Shown: piece by piece, positions 1 to 10,634 of the stretch
Layout: each line of letters starts with the position of its first letter
Position numbering within the stretch: the stretch's first letter is position 1
NCBI GenBank assembly: GCA_021469345.1
Contig: GCA_021469345.1_3049.1
Origin: a phage
Length of the DNA stretch: 64,000 bases
Strand: one strand, 5' to 3'
The notes under the pieces: generated by a model
What the model was told of the DNA's origin: nothing
Databases searched by the model: none
What the model saw: only the letters and a program-made list of their open reading frames with translations
Made by a program: the position numbers and the translations under genes

Positions 1-1528
<1,528 letters not shown>

Positions 1529-1531
1529 GCT

Positions 1532-1561
1532 GTTTACAAGTCCCTCGTGTTGTGTTATAGT
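1532..1561 (+). promoter_or_regulatory. T4-type early promoter (GTTTAC -35-like, TATAGT -10-like)
   Basis: gtttacaag...tgttatagt upstream of alc; same 54 bp recurs at 14741. Confidence 0.5.
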
Positions 1562-1585
1562 AGTCTTACTGACATAACATGAGGA
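1532..1585. repeat. 54-bp perfect direct repeat, copy 1 (promoter + leader + SD)
   Basis: Identical to 14741-14794. Confidence 0.85.
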
Positions 1586-1592
1586 CTTTATG

Positions 1593-2096
1593 ATGGATTT
1601 ACAACTTATTACTACTGAAATGGTCGTTGAAGCATACGGTGATACTACAGATGGGATTTCTGTATTCAAAGGAAATCGTCGAGTTGGATATATCACCGAT
1701 CTTAAGAAAGATTTAGCTAAGCAAGTCAAGCGGAAAACGACCATTAAAGAATATCGAAATCGTCGTCTTGAGCAAGCCCGTGATATGCTTCCTGATGCGG
1801 TTGAAGAGATGAAAGTCTTTTTAGAAAATCAGCTTGCGAAATATGATTGTGAAGTATTCATTAATCAGACTCAACCTAATGTTCATATCAATAACTGTAA
1901 ATGCTATATCATCGTTAATCCTTTGACGGGAAAACACCGCCTTGGGATTAGTAATCCAAATCGTAGTGCATCGGATATGGCAGAAGATGTTGAGGCGTGC
2001 TTTAAAATTTCTAAATCTCCGGCTGAACATCATATTTTAATTAACGGTCTTTCTCAAGACGATATTGTAGAGGTTATTAAAACTTTATGCATGTAA
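1593..2096 (+). CDS. alc: Alc-like host transcription inhibitor (by position and length)
   Basis: 167 aa from second ATG (GAGGA 7 nt upstream); sits between rnlA and the pseT cluster as in T4. Confidence 0.6.
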   Translation: MDLQLITTEMVVEAYGDTTDGISVFKGNRRVGYITDLKKDLAKQVKRKTTIKEYRNRRLEQARDMLPDAVEEMKVFLENQLAKYDCEVFINQTQPNVHINNCKCYIIVNPLTGKHRLGISNPNRSASDMAEDVEACFKISKSPAEHHILINGLSQDDIVEVIKTLCM

Positions 2097-2440
2097 GTAA
2101 TTTTACAGCTGGATTGCTATTACTTGTAATAGCATTTGGCGGAACATCTATTATTTTAAAAAATAAGGTAGAAAGATTAGAAACATCGGTTACTGAAATT
2201 ACAAAAACGGCCAATGAAAACGCTTTAGCATTAGATAATTTGCGAATTCAATATAATTATATTGATGCGATGAATAATAAAAATCGTGAGGCAATTGCTG
2301 CTATTGAGCGTGAAAATGAAAAACTGCGCAAAGACGCAAAGAAGGCGGATGTGGTGGCTCATAAGCCAGGATTGGTTGAAAAACAAATCAACAACTCCTT
2401 CAACAAGTTCGCAGAAGACATCCAGGACCTTTCTAAATGA
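2087..2440 (+). CDS. pseT.3: i-spanin (inner-membrane spanin subunit)
   Basis: N-terminal TM helix (FTAGLLLLVIAFGGTSIIL) followed by coiled-coil-like charged region; 3' end overlaps the next gene; T4 spanins occupy this position. Confidence 0.6.
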   Translation: MHVSNFTAGLLLLVIAFGGTSIILKNKVERLETSVTEITKTANENALALDNLRIQYNYIDAMNNKNREAIAAIERENEKLRKDAKKADVVAHKPGLVEKQINNSFNKFAEDIQDLSK

Positions 2441-2736
2441 TTAAACTATCAGCAGTAATATTATCTATTGGACTTCTAGTTGGTTGTTCTACAAAGCCTC
2501 TAGAAGTAAAGAAAGAAACAGTTCATCCTAATTGGCCTGTACAAATAAAGTCATATGACGAAGCTAAACTATCTTGGCAAGTTAAAGTTATCGATGGTAA
2601 AGCTTGGGTCGGTATGCCATTTGAAGATTCCCAGGAATTTCGTATTTGGCTTAATGATGTAAAACGATATGTACATGACCAGAAAACTATGATATGTTAT
2701 TATCGTCAAGAGTTAAAAGAGGATAAATGTAAATGA
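2437..2736 (+). CDS. pseT.2: o-spanin (outer-membrane lipoprotein spanin subunit)
   Basis: Signal peptide with lipobox LLVG-C (MIKLSAVILSIGLLVGCS); ATGA overlap with upstream gene. Confidence 0.6.
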   Translation: MIKLSAVILSIGLLVGCSTKPLEVKKETVHPNWPVQIKSYDEAKLSWQVKVIDGKAWVGMPFEDSQEFRIWLNDVKRYVHDQKTMICYYRQELKEDKCK

Positions 2737-2957
2737 TTTCATGGCATCAATTTGAACATCTCAAAGGATTGATTTATGAATCCGAGATGGCTGCAATGAT
2801 TTATGGACGCCAGATTCAGCGATTAGAATCTTTACCTCCAACTAATGATGTTTTATTAGCTCAATCACGTGCTAATCTCAAAAATGAATATCAAAATAAG
2901 TGGGGTAAAGCATCTAAAGACCTACATGATTATATTCAATCATTGGTTGAGAAATAA
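2733..2957 (+). CDS. hypothetical protein (pseT.1-region ORF)
   Basis: ATG start overlapping upstream stop; 74 aa; compact same-strand packing. Confidence 0.5.
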   Translation: MISWHQFEHLKGLIYESEMAAMIYGRQIQRLESLPPTNDVLLAQSRANLKNEYQNKWGKASKDLHDYIQSLVEK

Positions 2958-2960
2958 TAA

Positions 2961-4168
<1,208 letters not shown>

Positions 4169-4232
4169 TGGCGTGGCATCATGAAACTTGGGATATTATT
4201 AATTGGCTTGAAGAAAATTATGTGAGGTAAAT

Positions 4233-4508
4233 ATGTTTCCGACTTATTCTAAAATCGTAGAAGTAGTGTTTAGTCAAATTATCGCTAATAATATGTTTGA
4301 AAAGCTTGATAACGCAGCCGAACTTCGAATCCACGCTCAAGTGACTCATGTATTGAACACTTTGCTTCCAGACCAGGTGGATTCTGTTGCCATTACGCTG
4401 TATCCAGGTTCCGCGCATATCATTGTCGTATTCGATCTTGATGCTGAGTTAGTTATCAAAGGCGATATTCGTTTTGAATCACAGACATCAGAATTCAAGG
4501 CAATTTAA
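4233..4508 (+). CDS. hypothetical protein (cd.x region)
   Basis: 91-aa ORF with ATG and upstream GAGG. Confidence 0.5.
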   Translation: MFPTYSKIVEVVFSQIIANNMFEKLDNAAELRIHAQVTHVLNTLLPDQVDSVAITLYPGSAHIIVVFDLDAELVIKGDIRFESQTSEFKAI

Positions 4509-4510
4509 CA

Positions 4511-4541
4511 GTTTACTTTACGGTAGAGTTGTGATATTATA
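4511..4541 (+). promoter_or_regulatory. T4-type early promoter
   Basis: GTTTAC 4511-4516, 18-nt spacer, TGATATTAT; -10 lies in the loop of inverted repeat ggtagag/ctctacc. Confidence 0.5.
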
Positions 4542-4569
4542 GCTCTACCAAACAAATGAGGAAAACAAA

Positions 4570-4806
4570 ATGCTAAGTGAAAAACCAATTACTGTTAAAG
4601 AATTCCAAGAAAAAGTTAAACTATTTGCTCAGGAATTGGTAAATAAGGTTTCTGAACGATTTCCAGAAACATCGGTTCGTGTTATTACCGAAACTCCTCG
4701 TTCAGTATTAGTAATTGTGAATCCAGGTGATGGCGATCAAATATCGCATCTTAAATTGGATTTTGATGGATTAGTTGAAGCACAAAGGGTGTATGGCGTA
4801 CTATGA
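4570..4806 (+). CDS. hypothetical protein (cd.x region)
   Basis: 78-aa ORF; SD GAGGAAAA upstream. Confidence 0.5.
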   Translation: MLSEKPITVKEFQEKVKLFAQELVNKVSERFPETSVRVITETPRSVLVIVNPGDGDQISHLKLDFDGLVEAQRVYGVL

Positions 4807-5141
4807 TGAATTTAACTGATATAATTGATAATTGTCTTGAAAACGATACTGGTGATCATAGAGCGCTTGACTCTGAAACAGCAAAGTTCATTAGAATAAC
4901 TTTAATGAATGATACTCTGGTGAATAGTATTCATCCTTCTGTGTATGATGCTATTATTGTGACGAAGTATCCAGTTGAGCTTCACAAAAAGATGACTGGC
5001 GCAGTTTTTATTGATAAGAAAAACCGCTTTAAAGATGGGCAGAATATAATTAGTTCTGTTATTAAAAGTATAACTAAACTTCGTCACGAAATTTATCGTG
5101 TTGAAACTACTAAATCTGCTTATCTGGTGGTTATGAAATGA
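4803..5141 (+). CDS. hypothetical protein (cd.x region)
   Basis: 112-aa ORF; ATGA overlaps on both sides. Confidence 0.5.
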   Translation: MMNLTDIIDNCLENDTGDHRALDSETAKFIRITLMNDTLVNSIHPSVYDAIIVTKYPVELHKKMTGAVFIDKKNRFKDGQNIISSVIKSITKLRHEIYRVETTKSAYLVVMK

Positions 5142-5719
5142 AAGCGAGTACAGTACTTCAAATTGCATATTTAGTATCACAGGAATCAAAATGTTGCTCC
5201 TGGAAGGTAGGAGCAGTAATTGAAAAGAATGGACGTATTATTTCTACTGGGTATAATGGTTCACCCGCAGGGGGTGTGAACTGTTGTGATTATGCTGCTG
5301 AGCAAGGATGGTTGTTGAATAAGCCTAAACATACTATCATTCAAGGCCATAAGCCTGAATGCGTATCATTTGGTTCAACTGATCGTTTTGTCTTGGCGAA
5401 AGAACATCGTAGTGCTCACTCGGAATGGTCATCTAAAAATGAAATTCATGCTGAACTAAATGCAATTTTGTTTGCTGCACGAAATGGTTCTTCTATTGAA
5501 GGTGCTACTATGTATGTAACACTTTCTCCTTGTCCAGATTGCGCAAAAGCGATAGCTCAATCTGGTATTAAAAAGCTAGTTTATTGTGAAACATATGATA
5601 AAAATAAACCTGGCTGGGATGATATTCTGCGAAATGCAGGTATTGAAGTGTTTAATGTTCCTAAGAAAAACTTGAATAAGTTAAACTGGGAAAATATCAA
5701 CGAATTCTGCGGTGAATAA
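5138..5719 (+). CDS. cd: dCMP deaminase
   Basis: 193 aa; zinc-binding cytidine/dCMP deaminase signature HAELNA...PCPDCA. Confidence 0.9.
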   Translation: MKASTVLQIAYLVSQESKCCSWKVGAVIEKNGRIISTGYNGSPAGGVNCCDYAAEQGWLLNKPKHTIIQGHKPECVSFGSTDRFVLAKEHRSAHSEWSSKNEIHAELNAILFAARNGSSIEGATMYVTLSPCPDCAKAIAQSGIKKLVYCETYDKNKPGWDDILRNAGIEVFNVPKKNLNKLNWENINEFCGE

Positions 5720-5955
5720 TGAAATTTCGTTTGGTAAAGCTCACAGCAATTAGTTCTTATTCTAATGAGAACATCTCGTTTGCTGTAGAGTATAAGAAAT
5801 ATTTTTTCTCTAAATGGAAACAGTATTATAAGACAAATTGGGTTTGTATTGATAAACCATATAGTTGGAAATCTGATTTAGAAAAATGCCAAAAATTGCT
5901 TTCCACTCTTAAAGAACGCGGAACAACTCATATTAAAACTGTGATAGGTAAATAA
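5719..5955 (+). CDS. hypothetical protein (31.2 position)
   Basis: 78-aa ORF; start overlaps cd stop. Confidence 0.5.
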   Translation: MKFRLVKLTAISSYSNENISFAVEYKKYFFSKWKQYYKTNWVCIDKPYSWKSDLEKCQKLLSTLKERGTTHIKTVIGK

Positions 5956-6264
5956 ATGAAACTGACAACTGAGCAGAAAGTAGCAATTCGTGAAATTTTG
6001 AAAACTAAATTGTCCATGGGTATTTCAAACGTAGTTTTTGAAAAGTCTGACGGTACTATTCGTACTATGAAAGGTACTCGTGATGCAGACTTTATGCCAA
6101 CCATGCAAACTGGTAAATTGACTGAATCTACTCGGAAAGAATCTACTGACATGATTCCAGTATTTGATGTTGAGCTTGGTGCATGGCGAGGTTTTTCTAT
6201 TGACAAATTGATTTCCGTTAATGGTATGAAAGTTGAGCATTTGCTTCAATTTATTGGTAAATAA
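5956..6264 (+). CDS. hypothetical protein (31.1 position)
   Basis: 102-aa ORF. Confidence 0.5.
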   Translation: MKLTTEQKVAIREILKTKLSMGISNVVFEKSDGTIRTMKGTRDADFMPTMQTGKLTESTRKESTDMIPVFDVELGAWRGFSIDKLISVNGMKVEHLLQFIGK

Positions 6265-6298
6265 ATGCTTTAAGAATTATTTGTTATTATTAATTCAT
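6254..6298. repeat. ~45-bp near-identical repeat, copy 1 (contains MotA-box promoter)
   Basis: ggtaaataaatgctttaagaattatttgttattattaa closely matches 63301-63344. Confidence 0.8.
6265..6296 (+). promoter_or_regulatory. T4 middle-mode promoter (MotA box + -10)
   Basis: aTGCTTtA at 6267-6273, then 12 nt, then tattat; upstream of gene 31. Confidence 0.55.
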
Positions 6299-6320
6299 CT
6301 GTTAACAAAAAGGAAAAACG

Positions 6321-6656
6321 ATGTCTGAAGTACAACAGCTACCAATTCGTGCTGTAGGTGAATATGTTATTTTAGTTTCTGAACCTGCACAAGCCGGTGA
6401 TGAAGAAGTTACAGAATCAGGACTTATTATCGGTAAACGTGTTCAAGGTGAAGTTCCTGAACTGTGTGTAATTCACTCTGTTGGTCCTGATGTTCCTGAA
6501 GGTTTTTGTGAAGTTGGTGATTTGACTTCTCTTCCAGTTGGTCAAATTCGAAACGTTCCGCATCCTTTTGTAGCTCTGGGTCTTAAGCAGCCAAAAGAAA
6601 TTAAACAAAAATTCGTTACCTGTCACTATAAAGCTATTCCGTGTCTTTATAAGTGA
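6321..6656 (+). CDS. 31: co-chaperonin gp31 (GroES analogue for capsid folding)
   Basis: 111 aa; matches remembered T4 gp31 length and position; SD AAAGGAAAAA. Confidence 0.85.
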   Translation: MSEVQQLPIRAVGEYVILVSEPAQAGDEEVTESGLIIGKRVQGEVPELCVIHSVGPDVPEGFCEVGDLTSLPVGQIRNVPHPFVALGLKQPKEIKQKFVTCHYKAIPCLYK

Positions 6657-6664
6657 TATAAATA
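6657..6664 (+). promoter_or_regulatory. candidate late promoter (TATAAATA)
   Basis: Exact TATAAATA immediately after gene 31 stop, about 140 bp upstream of rIII. Confidence 0.4.
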
Positions 6665-6803
6665 ATAATATGAATTGGGTGTCGGAATAATAAGTTAACC
6701 GAACAATTCTACGTGGTAGTCTACAACTGAGAGATCTGTCGAAAGAAGATGAAATTCAGAAGAACGTGACTACCGAGTTTTAATCTCTAACGAGAATTTT
6801 TAA

Positions 6804-7052
6804 ATGATTAAACAATTACAACACGCTCTTGAACTGCAACGAAACGCATGGAATAATGGTCACGAAAACTATGGCGCATCTATTGATGTTGAAGCCGAAG
6901 CTCTTGAAATCCTGCGTTATTTCAAACATCTGAATCCTGCTCAAACTGCATTAGCTGCTGAGCTCCAGGAAAAAGATGAACTTAAGTATGCTAAGCCTCT
7001 GGCTTCTGCTGCACGAAAAGCAGTTCGTCACTTTGTGGTAACACTGAAGTAA
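6804..7052 (+). CDS. rIII: rIII-like lysis-inhibition accessory protein (by position and length)
   Basis: 82 aa, same length and position as T4 rIII. Confidence 0.6.
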   Translation: MIKQLQHALELQRNAWNNGHENYGASIDVEAEALEILRYFKHLNPAQTALAAELQEKDELKYAKPLASAARKAVRHFVVTLK

Positions 7053-7255
7053 TTTATTGGAGATTCACTGCCTTAGTGTGAGCTAAAATCGAGGAGCCGT
7101 CGAACTGTCTGATTAATGATTTGCGAATCATTATAGTTTTAAGACCCCGGCAGTTTTACGGTGTACCTCTTGAATGTGAATGATGACGGGTTTATGGTTA
7201 TCCTGGTCGTTAAATATCCAAAAACCTATGTTCCCCTTGAGGGCTTGCGCAGGCA

Positions 7256-7474
7256 ATGCCAATAAGTCCTGCATTTTCATTTAAAAGAGAATTTATAATG
7301 GCAAAACAAGCTAAAGCAAAGAAAGCAGTTGAAAAGAAAGTTGGTGATTCTAAACGCGCTGGCTACAAGCGTGGGTCGAACTCTCGTATCAATCAAACTG
7401 TTGAGAAGATCATGCGCCGAGCACGTGCGGTTCTTCGAGATGATGCTTCTCGTTTTGGTAAGCAGAAAGCATAA
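7256..7474 (+). CDS. hypothetical small basic (Lys/Arg-rich) protein
   Basis: 72-aa ORF, or 58 aa from internal ATG 7298; strongly basic; followed by a terminator. Confidence 0.45.
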   Translation: MPISPAFSFKREFIMAKQAKAKKAVEKKVGDSKRAGYKRGSNSRINQTVEKIMRRARAVLRDDASRFGKQKA

Positions 7475-7478
7475 GTTG

Positions 7479-7505
7479 AGGACTCCTTCGGGAGTCCTTT
7501 TTTAT
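7479..7505 (+). terminator. rho-independent terminator
   Basis: aggactcc-ttcg-ggagtcct hairpin followed by a T-run. Confidence 0.7.
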
Positions 7506-7527
7506 TTTCCAAAGATTGCATAAAGTT

Positions 7528-7560
7528 GTTTACAGTATGGTTCCTTTGTGATAGTATTAT
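7528..7560 (+). promoter_or_regulatory. T4-type early promoter
   Basis: GTTTAC 7528-7533 ... tgtgatagtattat. Confidence 0.5.
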
Positions 7561-7584
7561 TTTACACAAACAAAGGAGAATAAA

Positions 7585-7917
7585 ATGAAAACGATTAATC
7601 TGAACGCTGCAGTTAAAACTAAATGCTTCAATGGTAAATATGATGAAACTATGTGGTTCTTAATGGCAGTTGAAGGTGATATTATTGAAGTAGAAACAAC
7701 AGAAGGTATGGGAACAGATTTCACCTTTACAATTCAAGTTCATAATTTCTTTACTGGTTGGATTTATGAATTGAATACAGTAATCGTTGGAAAAATTGAA
7801 CAAAATGAATTAGGTGAATGGTATTATGTTACAGCTCGCCAACGTGCCGAACGCTTAATTGAGAAGATGAAAAAAGTTGGTAAACTTGACATGAAGCACT
7901 GGAAAGTAGTAAAATAA
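7585..7917 (+). CDS. hypothetical protein (30.x cluster)
   Basis: 110-aa ORF; SD AAGGAG. Confidence 0.55.
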   Translation: MKTINLNAAVKTKCFNGKYDETMWFLMAVEGDIIEVETTEGMGTDFTFTIQVHNFFTGWIYELNTVIVGKIEQNELGEWYYVTARQRAERLIEKMKKVGKLDMKHWKVVK

Positions 7918-7919
7918 TT

Positions 7920-7950
7920 GTTTACTTTGGTACAGGATATGATATTATAT
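7920..7950 (+). promoter_or_regulatory. T4-type early promoter
   Basis: GTTTAC 7920-7925 ... TGATATTAT; -10 within inverted repeat ggtacagg/cctgtacc. Confidence 0.5.
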
Positions 7951-7984
7951 ACCTGTACCGCAATTAAACATCTTGGAGAATAAA

Positions 7985-8350
7985 ATGAACTACATTAACT
8001 TTGAACGTAAATATGTTTCTAATGGTATTGCAGGTTCTATTGATACTATTTGCCTTTGGAAACATCAAAATGGATCAGTATGCGAAATCGATCAGTATAT
8101 GACTCCTAATTACGTTTATATGCGATTTGAAAATGGCATCACGGTTTCAATCACAATGGAAGGTTCCAACTTTAAAATCGCTCTGGATGATGATTTTCGT
8201 CAACGCGATTTAGGGACTCATCCTTGCTGGAATGGTGCTAATCGCAAGCTTTTGGTTAAAACTTGGATTCGTCATATTCTGAGTAACAGAGCTAAACCTA
8301 AGCATCTTGAAGCAATCTTTGATGTAGTTCTTAACGAATTTGATATTTAA
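7985..8350 (+). CDS. hypothetical protein (30.x cluster)
   Basis: ORF-track start 7973 is TTG; ATG 7985 has GGAGAA SD; 121 aa. Confidence 0.55.
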   Translation: MNYINFERKYVSNGIAGSIDTICLWKHQNGSVCEIDQYMTPNYVYMRFENGITVSITMEGSNFKIALDDDFRQRDLGTHPCWNGANRKLLVKTWIRHILSNRAKPKHLEAIFDVVLNEFDI

Positions 8351-8358
8351 AATAAATG

Positions 8359-8376
8359 AGGGGCTTCGGCCCCTTA
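8359..8376 (+). terminator. intergenic stem-loop (possible terminator/attenuator)
   Basis: aggggc-ttcg-gcccct hairpin between two same-strand ORFs. Confidence 0.4.
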
Positions 8377-8390
8377 CTGAGGAAAATACT

Positions 8391-8678
8391 ATGTTTATGA
8401 CTACTTATTTTGATACCCGTAAAAATTTCTGTGAAGTGGTTTTCTCAAAGGCACCCAAAGACCTTCCTGCTCATTTGCAACCTACCAGTGAATCGATTAA
8501 AAATTATGTTAATGTAGTCTGCCCTTTAGAGTTCCGTACTGTAAATGGGCGCGATACTTTAGCTATCACTAAACTTAATCGTGAAATTGACATTGATCCT
8601 TCAATTGCGCGTGAAATTAACATTTCTGATATTGGCGGCGGTAATGTTAAATCGCACGGTTTTCAGATGAGGTTCTAA
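8391..8678 (+). CDS. hypothetical protein (30.x cluster)
   Basis: ORF-track start 8340 is TTG and spans the hairpin; ATG 8391 preceded by GAGGAAAA. Confidence 0.5.
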   Translation: MFMTTYFDTRKNFCEVVFSKAPKDLPAHLQPTSESIKNYVNVVCPLEFRTVNGRDTLAITKLNREIDIDPSIAREINISDIGGGNVKSHGFQMRF

Positions 8679-8875
8679 TGAAATTCTTTTTAGGTCAAAC
8701 TGTTGAATTAAAGGGAGTTGGTATACCTGGATTAATTTCTAAGGTTCTACCTCCATTTAAATGGAGCGATGTTCAAATAAAAGAGGCTTATATTGTTTCC
8801 TGGGTAGATGGAAATGAAGACCTTCGTATGGGTGATGAATTATCTCCTATTTACGGATTAAAGGAATTAGTATGA
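8678..8875 (+). CDS. hypothetical protein (30.x cluster)
   Basis: 65-aa ORF, ATGA-type overlap. Confidence 0.5.
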   Translation: MKFFLGQTVELKGVGIPGLISKVLPPFKWSDVQIKEAYIVSWVDGNEDLRMGDELSPIYGLKELV

Positions 8876-9078
8876 ATATAATTAATAAGATTTTTGGAAT
8901 TCAGTACATTAAGGTCACATATAAAGTAACAGATAAAAATCCGTATACTGATGAACATGAAGAACCACAAGTTAAGTCTATTATATTAGAAAAGGACCCT
9001 AACTGGCCAGTTGAATTTCGTCTTCCTTGCTATGGTCATTGGGCTGATGTTGAAATTATAAGTATTGAAAATGCCTGA
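8872..9078 (+). CDS. hypothetical protein (30.x cluster)
   Basis: 68-aa ORF; SD AAGGAA. Confidence 0.5.
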   Translation: MNIINKIFGIQYIKVTYKVTDKNPYTDEHEEPQVKSIILEKDPNWPVEFRLPCYGHWADVEIISIENA

Positions 9079-9529
9079 GTTAGAGATTAGAAGCAATTTT
9101 AGATGGCCATCATGCGCATTAAGCAATTTCGCCCAATGGCCTTTCGTTATGGATGGTATCCAATTTGGAGGTCTCGAAGGATTCCTCCAAGGATGTAAGG
9201 TGAAAAATGTTGAACAACAAAGACGTATATTTGGGTTGTCTGGATTGGCTGCACAGCAAGCTGGAAGGTCTTATGCAAGAGCTCAGGACCGTGGAACTCT
9301 CTTCTGGTTAGGAGTTCCGTTTTCAAGATACTCCGAAGCGTGGAAAGAATTATACACAAATGCATATTTTGAAGCCGCGATCCAAAATAAGGGGTTTCGT
9401 GATGCCTTACAAGCCTCTAAAGGAAAAATTTTGAAGCACAGCATGGCCAGCCACCTAACAAAAGATGATACAATACTAACTGAAGCTGAATTTATTGATG
9501 TGTTAAACCTATTAAGAGACTCTTTATGA
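9071..9529 (+). CDS. NADAR/YbiA-like (DUF1768) domain protein, candidate ADP-ribosyl hydrolase
   Basis: Motif LSNFAQWPFVMDGIQF..LEGFLQGCK resembles the YbiA/NADAR core (SNFA.WP..DG....E.yFQ..K); ORF-track start 9065 is TTG, ATG at 9071. Confidence 0.6.
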   Translation: MPELEIRSNFRWPSCALSNFAQWPFVMDGIQFGGLEGFLQGCKVKNVEQQRRIFGLSGLAAQQAGRSYARAQDRGTLFWLGVPFSRYSEAWKELYTNAYFEAAIQNKGFRDALQASKGKILKHSMASHLTKDDTILTEAEFIDVLNLLRDSL

Positions 9530-10365
9530 AGCCTACTATTTTAACTGATATTGATGGAGTATGTTTAAGCTGGCAATCAGGCCTTCCTTATTTTGCTCAG
9601 AAATATAATCTTCCGTTGGAACATATTTTAAAAATGATCCAAGATGAAAAATTTATTTCTCCTGGTAAACTTTTTAATTGTGATGAAGAACTTGGCGTCA
9701 AGTTAATTGAAAAATACAATCGTTCGGATTTTATTCGTTACTTGTCTCCATATAAAGATGCTCTGTGTGTAATTAACAAATTAAAAGAAGATTATAATTT
9801 TGTAGCTGTTACAGCATTGGGTGATTCTATTGACGCTCTGTTGAATCGTCAATTTAATTTGAATGCTCTTTTTCCTGGTGCCTTCTCAGAAGTAATGATG
9901 TGTGGTCATGATTCTTCAAAAGAAGAGTTGTTCAAAAAGGCAAAAGAGAAATATAACGTAATTTGTTATATTGACGATCTCGCTCACCACTGCGATCATG
10001 CGAGTGAAATATTAAATGTTCCTGTTTATTGGATGGCTCGAGGGGAGCGTGACAGTATTCCAAAAACTGCTCAGCGAGTTTATACATGGAACGATGTAGA
10101 GAATAAGCTTTTTTCACCAAAGGAAAATAAAGAAAGTTTTGATCGTGAAAAAGCTATAAAAGATGCAATCGAGAAGATGATTAAAAACGATTCTTTTCGT
10201 TGGAACACTACTTGGAGAACTCCTGGATTTAATCCTTATAATCATCTATATCATCCATATCAGACGCATCCGTTTCAGACATGGAACTATATTAAACCCG
10301 GCGGTATAGAGTATTTGTATAATAGACCTACTTGTGGTGATAATATTTTCCAAGGAGCATTCTAA
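9526..10365 (+). CDS. HAD-superfamily hydrolase-like protein (possible nucleotidase/phosphatase)
   Basis: N-terminal ILTDIDGV (HAD motif I DxDG[TV]) and later YIDD acidic motif; 279 aa. Confidence 0.5.
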   Translation: MKPTILTDIDGVCLSWQSGLPYFAQKYNLPLEHILKMIQDEKFISPGKLFNCDEELGVKLIEKYNRSDFIRYLSPYKDALCVINKLKEDYNFVAVTALGDSIDALLNRQFNLNALFPGAFSEVMMCGHDSSKEELFKKAKEKYNVICYIDDLAHHCDHASEILNVPVYWMARGERDSIPKTAQRVYTWNDVENKLFSPKENKESFDREKAIKDAIEKMIKNDSFRWNTTWRTPGFNPYNHLYHPYQTHPFQTWNYIKPGGIEYLYNRPTCGDNIFQGAF

Positions 10366-10634
10366 TGTTTGTTGTTCACACTATTTATGAAAATGAAGGT
10401 AATACTACACGTGATTACGGTCACGTAAATCAATTTTTTAGATGCAATCCAGAATTCCGATCTCAAAAAGACGAACGAATTTTTAAAAAATGCGTAGAGC
10501 AAGGTTTCATTTATATCAAGCACTGGATGCAAGGAAATAAAGTTAGAACTACATATCATAAGTCTTTGCCTGAGCTTAATGATGAATTGATTTATAATAG
10601 AGCTGTAAACCAAACTCTAAAGGATGAACAATGA
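10365..10634 (+). CDS. hypothetical protein (30.1 position)
   Basis: 89-aa ORF, ATG overlapping upstream stop. Confidence 0.5.
   Translation: MFVVHTIYENEGNTTRDYGHVNQFFRCNPEFRSQKDERIFKKCVEQGFIYIKHWMQGNKVRTTYHKSLPELNDELIYNRAVNQTLKDEQ

Noticed and set aside
7180-7281. Short ORF (about 33 aa) in the rIII-downstream spacer
   Set aside because: No SD, overlaps the better-supported basic-protein ORF in another frame; likely chance ORF
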